DNA from: Actinomycetes bacterium
Lineage (GTDB): Bacteria; Actinomycetota; Coriobacteriia; Anaerosomatales; JAJZPX01
Direction of reading: 5' to 3'
Assembly: GCA_021811025.1 (NCBI GenBank)
Contig: JAJZPX010000001.1
Span: forward strand, 1 to 26,991
Length of the DNA stretch: 26,991 nt
A program made the position numbers and the translations under genes. The notes beneath the pieces were generated by a model, which saw only the letters and a program-made list of their open reading frames with translations, made no database searches and had not been told where the DNA came from. Of the stretch, positions 14,401 through 21,846 are shown piece by piece. Each line of letters begins with the position of its first letter. The first letter of the stretch is position 1.

Positions 14401-16935
14401 TCACGCGTGCTTGACGTAGAAGAAGCGCTTGGCCACCTCGGCCGCTGCGATGTAGAAGACCTGGATGCCGATGAGGGCCACCAGGAAGACGGCGGGTATC
14501 GGCTTGAACCCCAACAGCGGCCCGATCCTCGGCGCGTACGGGAGCAGCAGCGTGATCACGACGACGGCCGCGGTGGCCAGCGAGAGGTAGGCGCTCGGCC
14601 TCGAGCGCCAGAACACACGGCGGGTGCGGATGACGAGCACGATGAGCGACGCGGTGAACACGTTCTCGACCCACCATCCCGTGTGGAACTCCACCTCGCC
14701 CGCGTGCAGCAGGAGCAGGAGCACGCCGAACGTGAGGTAGTCGCACGCCGAGTTGATCGGCCCGAACACCACCATGAAGTCCCGCAGGAAGCGCACGTTC
14801 CACCGCCGAGGGCGGTCGACGAGCTCGGGGTCCACGGCGTCCGTCGAGATCGTCATCGCCGGCAGGTCGGTCAGCAAGTTGCCGAGGAGTATCTGGGTGG
14901 GCAGCAGCGGCAGGAACGGCAGGAAGAGCGACGCTCCCGCCATAGAGACCATGTTGCCGAAGTTCCCGCTGATCGACATGTAGATGTACTTCAGCGTGTT
15001 CGCGAACGTCGCCCGTCCCTCGGCCACCCCCTGCCTCAGCACGCCGAGGTCCTTCTCGAGCAGCACGATGTCGGCCGCCTCCTTCGCCACGTCGACGGCG
15101 CTGTTCACGGAGATGCCGACGTCCGCCACGTAGAGGGCCGAGGCGTCGTTGATCCCGTCGCCCAGGTAGCCGACGGCGTGCCCCGCGCGCTTCAGCGCCC
15201 GGATGATGTCCTCCTTCTGGTTCGGCTCGACCTCCGCGAAGATGTCGACGTCCATCACGCGCCGCGTCAGCGCGGTCTCCGTCGTGCGATGCAGCTGCCC
15301 GCCCGTCATGATGCGAGGCTTCGGCAGGCCGAGCTGCTCGTCGACGGTCGCGGCGATGAGCGCGTTGTCGCCCGTGATGACCTTCAGCGTGATCCCGAGG
15401 TCGCGCAGCTGGCGCACCGTCTCCGTCACGCCCTCCTTCGGGGGATCGAACAGGACGAGGACGCCGACGAAGACCATGTCGCGCTCGTCGTCCTTCTCGA
15501 TCGAGTCTCGGTCGATCTCGCGCACCGCCACCCCCAGGGTCCGGTAGCCCTGCGACGACAGGTCCTGGTAGAGGCGCTCCAGCCGTCCCGTGACCTCCTG
15601 GTCCAGCTGCCGCGGCGACCCCGGCTCGCCTGCCCGCGTGCAGACCTCGAGCGTCTTGCGCAGCGAGCCCTTCGTCACCATGAGCCGCTCGCCGTCCTTG
15701 GCGACCAGCACCGACAGCCGCTTGCGCACGAAGTCGAACGGCTCCTCGTCGAGCTTCCGCCACCCGGTGAGGTCGAGCTTCACGGACGAGCGGATCGCGT
15801 CGTCGATCGGGTCCGAGAAGCCGGACTCGAAGGCGGAGTTGAGGTACGCGTAGAAGCGCACCTGCTCGCTGTCCTTGCCCTCGACGTCTAGCGCGGAGCG
15901 CAGCCGGACGATCCCTTCGGTGAGCGTCCCGGTCTTGTCCGAGCACAGGATGTCCATGGAGCCGAAGTTGTCGATGGACGACAGCTTCTTGACGATGACC
16001 TTCGACTCCGCCATGCGCTGGGCCCCTCTGGCGAGGTTGACGGTGACGATCGCGGGCAGCAGCTGGGGCGTGATGCCGATCGCGAGGGCGAGGGAGAACT
16101 CGAGGCTCGTGAGCACCGGCTTCTGCAGGTAGACGTTCACGGCGAAGATCGCGATCACAATGACCAGCGCGACCTGCACCAGGAAGTAGCCGAAGCGCCG
16201 CAAGCCGCGCTCGAACTCGGTCTCCTCCGCCCGTTCGGTCAGGCGCCGCGACACCTTCCCGAGCTCGCTCGCCGTCCCCGTCGCCACGACCAGCGCCCTG
16301 CCGCTCCCAGAGGTGATGTGCGTGCCCATGAAGAGGACGTTTGTCCTCCTCGCGAGAGGCGTGTCCTCCGGCAGGATTCCCGGGCTCTTCTCGACCGGGA
16401 AGGTCTCTCCCGTCAGCACCGCCTCGTCGGCGTAGAGGTCCTTCGCCTCGATCACCACCGCGTCCGCCGGGATGCCGGCCCCGGCCGAGAGCACGATGAC
16501 GTCGCCGGGCACGACGTCCGCGACGGGGACGTCGCGCTCCACCCCGTCGCGCACCACGCGTGCCTTCACCTCGACGATCGCGAGCAGCTTCCGCACGGCG
16601 TCGTTGGCGCCCCGCTCCTGCCAGAACGAGAGGAGCCCGCTCGCGGCCACGATGACCAGGATGATCGTCGCGTCCTGCGGGTCCCCAAGGAACCCGGAGA
16701 GTACGGCCGCGAACACCAGCACTAGGATGATCGGGTTGCGGAACTGGGACAGCAGCAGCCGCACGCTCGTGAGACGGCGGGTGACGGCGATGCGGTTCGG
16801 GCCGTGGGCCGCCAGCCGGTCCGAGGCCTGGGCCGTGGTGAGGCCGGCGGTGCCCGCCCCAAGGCCGTGCGCCACGTCCTCGGCGGGCATCGTCCAGAAC
16901 GCGCCTTGCGTCTGCGCCGGCTCCGGCAATCGCAT
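14401..16935 (-). CDS. mgtA: Magnesium-translocating P-type ATPase (MgtA/P3B-like, 844 aa)
   Basis: Motifs LTGETFPVEK, TPQLLPAI, MDILCSDKTGTLTEG, FDFVRKRLSV, DPPK, KVITGDN and GDGINDA. M5 KYIYMSISGNFGN and M6 NLLTD match the MgtA pattern. Confidence 0.85.
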   Translation of the reverse strand: MRLPEPAQTQGAFWTMPAEDVAHGLGAGTAGLTTAQASDRLAAHGPNRIAVTRRLTSVRLLLSQFRNPIILVLVFAAVLSGFLGDPQDATIILVIVAASGLLSFWQERGANDAVRKLLAIVEVKARVVRDGVERDVPVADVVPGDVIVLSAGAGIPADAVVIEAKDLYADEAVLTGETFPVEKSPGILPEDTPLARRTNVLFMGTHITSGSGRALVVATGTASELGKVSRRLTERAEETEFERGLRRFGYFLVQVALVIVIAIFAVNVYLQKPVLTSLEFSLALAIGITPQLLPAIVTVNLARGAQRMAESKVIVKKLSSIDNFGSMDILCSDKTGTLTEGIVRLRSALDVEGKDSEQVRFYAYLNSAFESGFSDPIDDAIRSSVKLDLTGWRKLDEEPFDFVRKRLSVLVAKDGERLMVTKGSLRKTLEVCTRAGEPGSPRQLDQEVTGRLERLYQDLSSQGYRTLGVAVREIDRDSIEKDDERDMVFVGVLVLFDPPKEGVTETVRQLRDLGITLKVITGDNALIAATVDEQLGLPKPRIMTGGQLHRTTETALTRRVMDVDIFAEVEPNQKEDIIRALKRAGHAVGYLGDGINDASALYVADVGISVNSAVDVAKEAADIVLLEKDLGVLRQGVAEGRATFANTLKYIYMSISGNFGNMVSMAGASLFLPFLPLLPTQILLGNLLTDLPAMTISTDAVDPELVDRPRRWNVRFLRDFMVVFGPINSACDYLTFGVLLLLLHAGEVEFHTGWWVENVFTASLIVLVIRTRRVFWRSRPSAYLSLATAAVVVITLLLPYAPRIGPLLGFKPIPAVFLVALIGIQVFYIAAAEVAKRFFYVKHA

Positions 16936-16954
16936 CCCCTCCCGACGCCGCCGT

Positions 16955-19402
16955 CTACCCGCTCGTAGCCATCGCGCGACGCGCCCTCCGGCCCGCCCCG
17001 GCGAACGCCTTCCTCGCCTCGATCGCGGAGAGGACGGCGACCGTGAACGCAGCGTCCGCCGCCAGCCAACCGGGCTCGACGGGGAAGAGGTTGACGAGCG
17101 TGCCGAGGCGCGGCGTGTACACGGTGACGATCAGGAATGCGAGGGCGGCCAGCGCCCAGACGTCGATCACCCGGTTCCTCAGCGGGCCGATCTCGAGCAG
17201 CGTCTCGTCGTCCGAGCGCGAGAAGAAGGCGAGCGTGACGTGGCCGACGATCCAGCTTGCGAAGGCGAGCGTCCGCACGGACGCCGGGTCGAACCCCTGG
17301 GCGCCGGCGAACAGGTACACCGCCGTCACGGCTCCGAACAGCAGCACCGCCTTGGCCGCCAGGTCGGCCAGCTGCCACCGGTCGAAGATGTCCGCGGTCC
17401 GCGGCGGGGGCCGCCGGGTGTAGATGTCGGGCTCCGGCGGCTCGGCGACGAACCCAGCCGAGGCCGCGAGGTCCATGAATAGCTCGAGAAGGATGATCTG
17501 GATGGGCGAGAACGGCAGCGGCAGCCCGGCGAGCGCCGGCAGCAGGAAGATCAGGATGAGCGCGAGCTTGACCGAGAGGTAGTACTTCACGCCCTTTCGC
17601 AGGTTGTCGAAGAAGGTCCTGCCGGTGAACACCCCTTCGGCGATCGTGACGTAGTCGTCGTTCGCCAGCACGACGTCCGCCGCCTCGCGAGCGACGTCCG
17701 TCCCGCGCTGCCCCATCGCGAGCCCGATGTCCGCGGCCTGCAGCGCGAGCGCGTCGTTCACGCCGTCCCCCGTAACGGCGACGACGTCGCCGTCCTCCTG
17801 GAGCGCCTCGACGATGCGGTACTTGTCGTCGGGGGTCGTTCGAGCGAACACGCTCACCTCTCGCACGAGCGAGCGCAGCGCCCGCGCGTCGAGGCCCTCG
17901 AGCTCCGGCCCGACCGCCACTCGCGCCGAGGCGGGCGCGATGCCCACCTCGCCGGCGATCCTCGCGGCCGTCGACGGGTGATCGCCGGTGACCATGATCG
18001 TGCGGATCCCCGCGGCGGCGGCGCGCTCGATGGTCTCTGCCACGCCCGGTCGCGGCGGGTCGGAGAAGGCGATCAGGCCGGCGAGCGTCATGCCGGTCTC
18101 GAGCTCGGGGAATGGGTCGTCACGGCGTTCCCGCGGCACGTGCCGTGTCGCCACGGCGATCACGCGGTAGCCGGCCGAGGTCTCCTCGTCGAGCGCTTCG
18201 CGGGCGCCGGCGGGCACGTCCGCGCACTTCGCGAGCACCTCCTCGGGCGCGCCGGTGACGTAGAGCGCGAACCCGGCGGAAGCCTCGCGCAGCGCCGCCT
18301 TCGTCTTGCCCCCGTCGCCGAGCTCCCGCTCGCGGACGATCGCGCGATGCCCGCGCGCCGACGCCTCGCGCAGCGCCCTGTCGATCGGAGTGTCCTCGTA
18401 CGGCGCGACGGCCGCGGCCGCGTCGGCCAGCACCTCGTCGCGCCGCTCCCGAGGGAACACGTCCGCGACGGTCATCCGGCTCTCAGTGATCGTGCCGGTC
18501 TTGTCTGTCACGATCGCCGTCACCGAGCCCATCGTCTCGGCGGCGGCGAGCCTCTTCACCAGGAACCCCCGCTTCGAGAGCCGGTAGCTGCCCAGGCCGA
18601 GCACCATCGTGATGATGATCGGCAGTTCCTCCGGGATCGTGGCGAACGACAGCGAGAGGCCGGTGAGGATCATGAGCCCGAGCGGCTGACCGCGCAGGAC
18701 GCCCACCGCCGGGATGAGCACGGAGAAGAAGACGGCGACGTACACGAGCTTGCCCGCCAGCGACCGCATCGCCTTCTGCAGCGGCGTCCGGGGGGCCTTG
18801 ATCGCGGCGGCCTTCGCCGCGACCTGCCCGAGACGGGTCTCCGCGCCGGTCGCGGTCACCACGGCCTCGGCCTCTCCCGCGAGCACGGCCGTCCCCGCGA
18901 AGAGCGGATCGCCCACCGTTCTGGCGACCGGATACGACTCGCCGGTGATCGAGGACTCGTCGACGGAAAGGCCCGTCGTCGTCGCCCGCACCGAGGCGTC
19001 CGCGGCGACGCGCGTCCCAGCCGCGAGGACGAGCACGTCGCCGGTCACGACGTCGGACGCCGGGACGTCGCGGGGCGCTCCGTCGCGGAGCACCCGGGCC
19101 TCGGGCGCGGTGAGCTCGGTGAGCGCGGAGATCGCTCTCTTGGCCCGGTACTCGTTCCATACTTCCGCGAGCACGAGCAACGCGATCACCACGAAGATCG
19201 TCGCCGCGTCCTCGATCCTGCCCGAGAGGCTGTACGCGACGCCGACGACGAGAAGCAGCAGGATCATCGGCTCGGTGATCTCCTCGCGAGCGATCGCGAA
19301 GAAGCGCACCGGCGCGGGACGCACGACGACGTTGGGACCCTGAGCGCCGAGGCGTCTCGCCGCCTCGGCGGAACTCAGGCCCCCGTTCGCGTCTTCCGGC
19401 AT
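16955..19402 (-). CDS. Cation-transporting P-type ATPase (P2-like, unassigned substrate, 815 aa)
   Basis: Motifs DESSITGES, IPEELP, DKTGTITE, DPPRPG, MVTGDHP and GDGVNDA. AGGAAGG SD before the ATG. Confidence 0.9.
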   Translation of the reverse strand: MPEDANGGLSSAEAARRLGAQGPNVVVRPAPVRFFAIAREEITEPMILLLLVVGVAYSLSGRIEDAATIFVVIALLVLAEVWNEYRAKRAISALTELTAPEARVLRDGAPRDVPASDVVTGDVLVLAAGTRVAADASVRATTTGLSVDESSITGESYPVARTVGDPLFAGTAVLAGEAEAVVTATGAETRLGQVAAKAAAIKAPRTPLQKAMRSLAGKLVYVAVFFSVLIPAVGVLRGQPLGLMILTGLSLSFATIPEELPIIITMVLGLGSYRLSKRGFLVKRLAAAETMGSVTAIVTDKTGTITESRMTVADVFPRERRDEVLADAAAAVAPYEDTPIDRALREASARGHRAIVRERELGDGGKTKAALREASAGFALYVTGAPEEVLAKCADVPAGAREALDEETSAGYRVIAVATRHVPRERRDDPFPELETGMTLAGLIAFSDPPRPGVAETIERAAAAGIRTIMVTGDHPSTAARIAGEVGIAPASARVAVGPELEGLDARALRSLVREVSVFARTTPDDKYRIVEALQEDGDVVAVTGDGVNDALALQAADIGLAMGQRGTDVAREAADVVLANDDYVTIAEGVFTGRTFFDNLRKGVKYYLSVKLALILIFLLPALAGLPLPFSPIQIILLELFMDLAASAGFVAEPPEPDIYTRRPPPRTADIFDRWQLADLAAKAVLLFGAVTAVYLFAGAQGFDPASVRTLAFASWIVGHVTLAFFSRSDDETLLEIGPLRNRVIDVWALAALAFLIVTVYTPRLGTLVNLFPVEPGWLAADAAFTVAVLSAIEARKAFAGAGRRARRAMATSG

Positions 19403-19501
19403 GCCACATCCTTCCTGTTGCAGTAGGGTATGTACCCGAGGACGAGCCGCCGACCTGCGCCTTCCGCCGGGACTGCGAGCGGCGGAGCGAATGCGTCAGC
19501 G

Positions 19502-19521
19502 GTTGTGACGCACATCACAAC
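19502..19521. promoter_or_regulatory. CRP/FNR-family operator (TGTGA-N6-TCACA)
   Basis: GTTGTGA-cgcaca-TCACAAC is a perfect 7-6-7 palindrome containing the full CRP consensus, in a divergent intergenic region. Confidence 0.75.
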
Positions 19522-19615
19522 GATCTCGTTCACGTTCAGCATCTCGCCGTTCGTCGCCGATATCTGGAATCGAAGGGCGAGCGGCATGATAACGCGGCTG
19601 CATAGGACAGGAAGA

Positions 19616-20500
19616 ATGCCTGGACCGCCGACGAAGTCGAGATTCGGGTCGGCACTGGCCGGCGTCCAGCTGACGCCGCCGGCTGCGGGCCTCACGTTCG
19701 CGCCGCCGGACGCTCTGGCGGCGTTCACTCCCGGGTGCGACGGCCCCTCGGCGTACGTCACCGCAGCTGTGCGCGCGCTGGCGCTCGACTTCATCTTCCT
19801 GGCGGCGTCGGCGCCGTGGGCCGCGGACGTGGCCTCGGGACGCGGCGAGGCCGCGGTGGCGTGGGTCGTCGACGGTCCGCTGTGGCCGGTCCTCACGTCG
19901 GCGGCCGGGTCCGTCCCCGAGGCCCTGGCGGCGACCGTCAAGCACCCCTCGTCGCTATCGGCCGAGCTCGACCGCGAGGTGTCCCGCGCGGCCAGCCTCA
20001 TCCGCGCCGGTCTCGGTCTTCGCGTCGACGCCGTCGTGATTGCCGAGGATCTCGCCGGCAGGGACGGGCTGCTGTTCACGCCGGGCTTCGCTCGCGAGGA
20101 GGTGCTCCCCAGGCTCGCGACGCTCGTCGCGGCGGCGGAAGACGTCCCCGTGCTCCTTCACTCCGACGGGGACATCGGCGCCATACTGCCGCTCCTTCGT
20201 CTAGCAGGCTTCGCCGGAGTGCACGGCGGCGGCGGGGTGGACCGCGACGGGTTCGAGCGGCTGTTCTGGCAGACGCGCCGCGAGGACCTGGTGATGATCG
20301 GCGGCATCTCCACTTCCGCCCTCGACCGCGGCGTGAACGCAGCGGTGCGCGCGGGAACGCAGGCGGCGCTGCTCGCGCAGGCCGGCGGGCTTCTGATTGC
20401 CGACGACGGAGGGATCACGACCGCCCAGCAGCTGTCGGCGTTCGGCGCGGCCCTCGGCGCGGCGCGAGCGAACGTGGTGCGGCACGTCGGGGAGCGCTGA
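19616..20500 (+). CDS. Uroporphyrinogen decarboxylase-like (UROD/MtaA superfamily) TIM-barrel protein, divergent (294 aa)
   Basis: VVIAEDLAGRDGLLFTP...VLP, VLLHSDGDIGAILPLL and LVMIGGI match the C-terminal half of URO-D-like proteins. ATG 19616 follows AGGAAG. Confidence 0.65.
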   Translation: MPGPPTKSRFGSALAGVQLTPPAAGLTFAPPDALAAFTPGCDGPSAYVTAAVRALALDFIFLAASAPWAADVASGRGEAAVAWVVDGPLWPVLTSAAGSVPEALAATVKHPSSLSAELDREVSRAASLIRAGLGLRVDAVVIAEDLAGRDGLLFTPGFAREEVLPRLATLVAAAEDVPVLLHSDGDIGAILPLLRLAGFAGVHGGGGVDRDGFERLFWQTRREDLVMIGGISTSALDRGVNAAVRAGTQAALLAQAGGLLIADDGGITTAQQLSAFGAALGAARANVVRHVGER

Positions 20501-20940
20501 TGGCGGCGCGGTTCTCCGGGTACGCGCCGGCGGGACGGGCCGATCCTGCCAGGACGCTTCGTGCGGCAGCGTTCGACTTCGCCGTCTCAGCGGTTGCCGC
20601 CCTCATCCTGTGGCCGTTCCCACTCGTCCGGGTGACGCTTCGGGTCCCCCCGGCCGCGCACGTCGTCCTCGTCGTGGCGTGGATGCTGCTCGTGTACGTG
20701 GTCTACATGACGCTCTCGGTCGCTCTCGCGGGCCGCACCGCCGCCATGTACTTCCTCGACCTCGGACTTGAGGGGAAGCGGCCGTTCCCGGCGGGGGCCG
20801 CCTTCGGGTGGGCGCTGGGGTGGGCGGTCGCGCTGGTCCCGGCACTGCTGGGCGCGCGCCGCCTCGCCGATCCCCGCGGCGGCCTCCCGGCGCGCTTCTC
20901 GGGCCTGACCACCACCGCCGCCTCCGAGCCGCAGCGGTAG
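20500..20940 (+). CDS. RDD family membrane protein (146 aa)
   Basis: RAAAFDFAV (R..D), two or more TM segments and the YM.......GRTAAMYFLDL motif (cf. GxTxGKxxxGL). TGATG coupling to the upstream gene. Confidence 0.7.
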   Translation: MAARFSGYAPAGRADPARTLRAAAFDFAVSAVAALILWPFPLVRVTLRVPPAAHVVLVVAWMLLVYVVYMTLSVALAGRTAAMYFLDLGLEGKRPFPAGAAFGWALGWAVALVPALLGARRLADPRGGLPARFSGLTTTAASEPQR

Positions 20941-20972
20941 CCCCGCGGGCGCGAATCGGCGCTCGCTCGGCA

Positions 20973-21002
20973 TCGCAAGGGCGTTCCCGCCCATGCTACG
21001 AT
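20973..21002 (+). promoter_or_regulatory. Promoter of the chemosensory operon (TCGCAA-N18-TACGAT with extended -10 TG)
   Basis: TGC-TACGAT at 20994-21002 and a -35-like TCGCAA at 20973-20978, about 80 nt upstream of the first start codon. Confidence 0.5.
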
Positions 21003-21083
21003 TGCGAAGGCACGCCGCGCCGCCCTTCGCCGCCGCAGCGTGCTACGGGCCGAAGCAGCGCATCGCACCAGGGGAGGTGGCAG

Positions 21084-21833
21084 TTGGCACTCGAGGGCAA
21101 CCTGAGGGACTTCTCGCTTGCGGACATGTTCCGCCTCCTCGCCTCCGGCGCGAAGACGGGCACCCTCTACCTCGAGAGCGACGACGCCCAGGGCAAGGTG
21201 TGCTTCAAGAAGGGGCGCGTCTTCTTCGCCTCGTCCAACTGGAACCGCGAGTCCCTCGGCCGAAGGCTCGTGAAGGCCGGCGTGATCACGGAGAAGCAAC
21301 TGCGCCAGGCGCTCGGGCTGCAGAAGATCCAGAAGAAGGAGAAGGCGGGCAGGCGGCTCGGCCAGATCCTGGTGGACGAGGGCTACATGGACGGGAAGGT
21401 CCTCGAGAACTTCATCCAGGAGCAGATCAACGACACGCTGTTCGACCTCTTCCGCTGGGAGGACGGCGAGCTGCGCTTCGAGGCGGACGAGGTCGCCGAG
21501 GACGAGGACATCGGCGTGTCCGTGTCGGTCGAGAACATCATCATGGAGGCGTCGAGGCGCCTCGAGATGTGGAACCGCATCCGTCAGAAGATCCCCACGA
21601 TGCACACCGCCTTCGTCATGGCCGGCGCCCCCGGCGACAAATCGATGGAGATCCACCTGAAGCCGAAGGAGTGGATGCTCCTGTGTTACCTGCACGGCGG
21701 ACGTTCCGTGCGCGAGCTCGTGGAGCTCACCGGCTACAACGACTTCGAGACGGCCAAGATCCTGTACGGCATGTACTCGGCCGGGCTGATCGAGAAGGTG
21801 GCCCCCGAGGACGACCGGGCCGCGGAGACATAA
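21084..21833 (+). CDS. DUF4388 (PatA_N/PATAN) domain protein with tandem MshEN-like motif and C-terminal winged helix (249 aa)
   Basis: TTG start 5 nt after GGAGGT gives MALEGNLRDFSLADMFRLLASGAKTGTLYL. Then LGRRLVKAGVIT...RLGQILVDEG, LFDLFRWEDGELRFE, VENIIMEASRRL and a wHTH tail (EWMLL...GGRSVRELV...GLIE). Confidence 0.9.
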   Translation: MALEGNLRDFSLADMFRLLASGAKTGTLYLESDDAQGKVCFKKGRVFFASSNWNRESLGRRLVKAGVITEKQLRQALGLQKIQKKEKAGRRLGQILVDEGYMDGKVLENFIQEQINDTLFDLFRWEDGELRFEADEVAEDEDIGVSVSVENIIMEASRRLEMWNRIRQKIPTMHTAFVMAGAPGDKSMEIHLKPKEWMLLCYLHGGRSVRELVELTGYNDFETAKILYGMYSAGLIEKVAPEDDRAAET

Positions 21834-21846
21834 GAGCTGCCGCAAG

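Noticed and set aside
12248-15946. 1232-aa minus-strand ORF and many other long overlapping ORFs (e.g. 107..1093, 7286..9112, 9567..11018, 14407..15891, 17978..19426, 21727..23121)
   Set aside because: They are Arg/Gly/Ala/Pro-rich alternative-frame or antisense shadows of motif-supported genes, as expected in high-GC DNA with few stop codons, and have no recognisable domains.
19403-19500. Mg2+ riboswitch or MgtL-type Pro-rich leader peptide for the mgtA operon
   Set aside because: The likely leader is very short, and I see no M-box-like structure or Pro-rich short ORF with an RBS.
21003-21083. c-di-GMP riboswitch in the che operon leader
   Set aside because: There is a hairpin (GCGAAGG 21004-21010 / CCTTCGC 21024-21030), but I cannot find the GEMM-I or c-di-GMP-II conserved elements. 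An Infernal scan against RF01051 and RF01786 would settle it.
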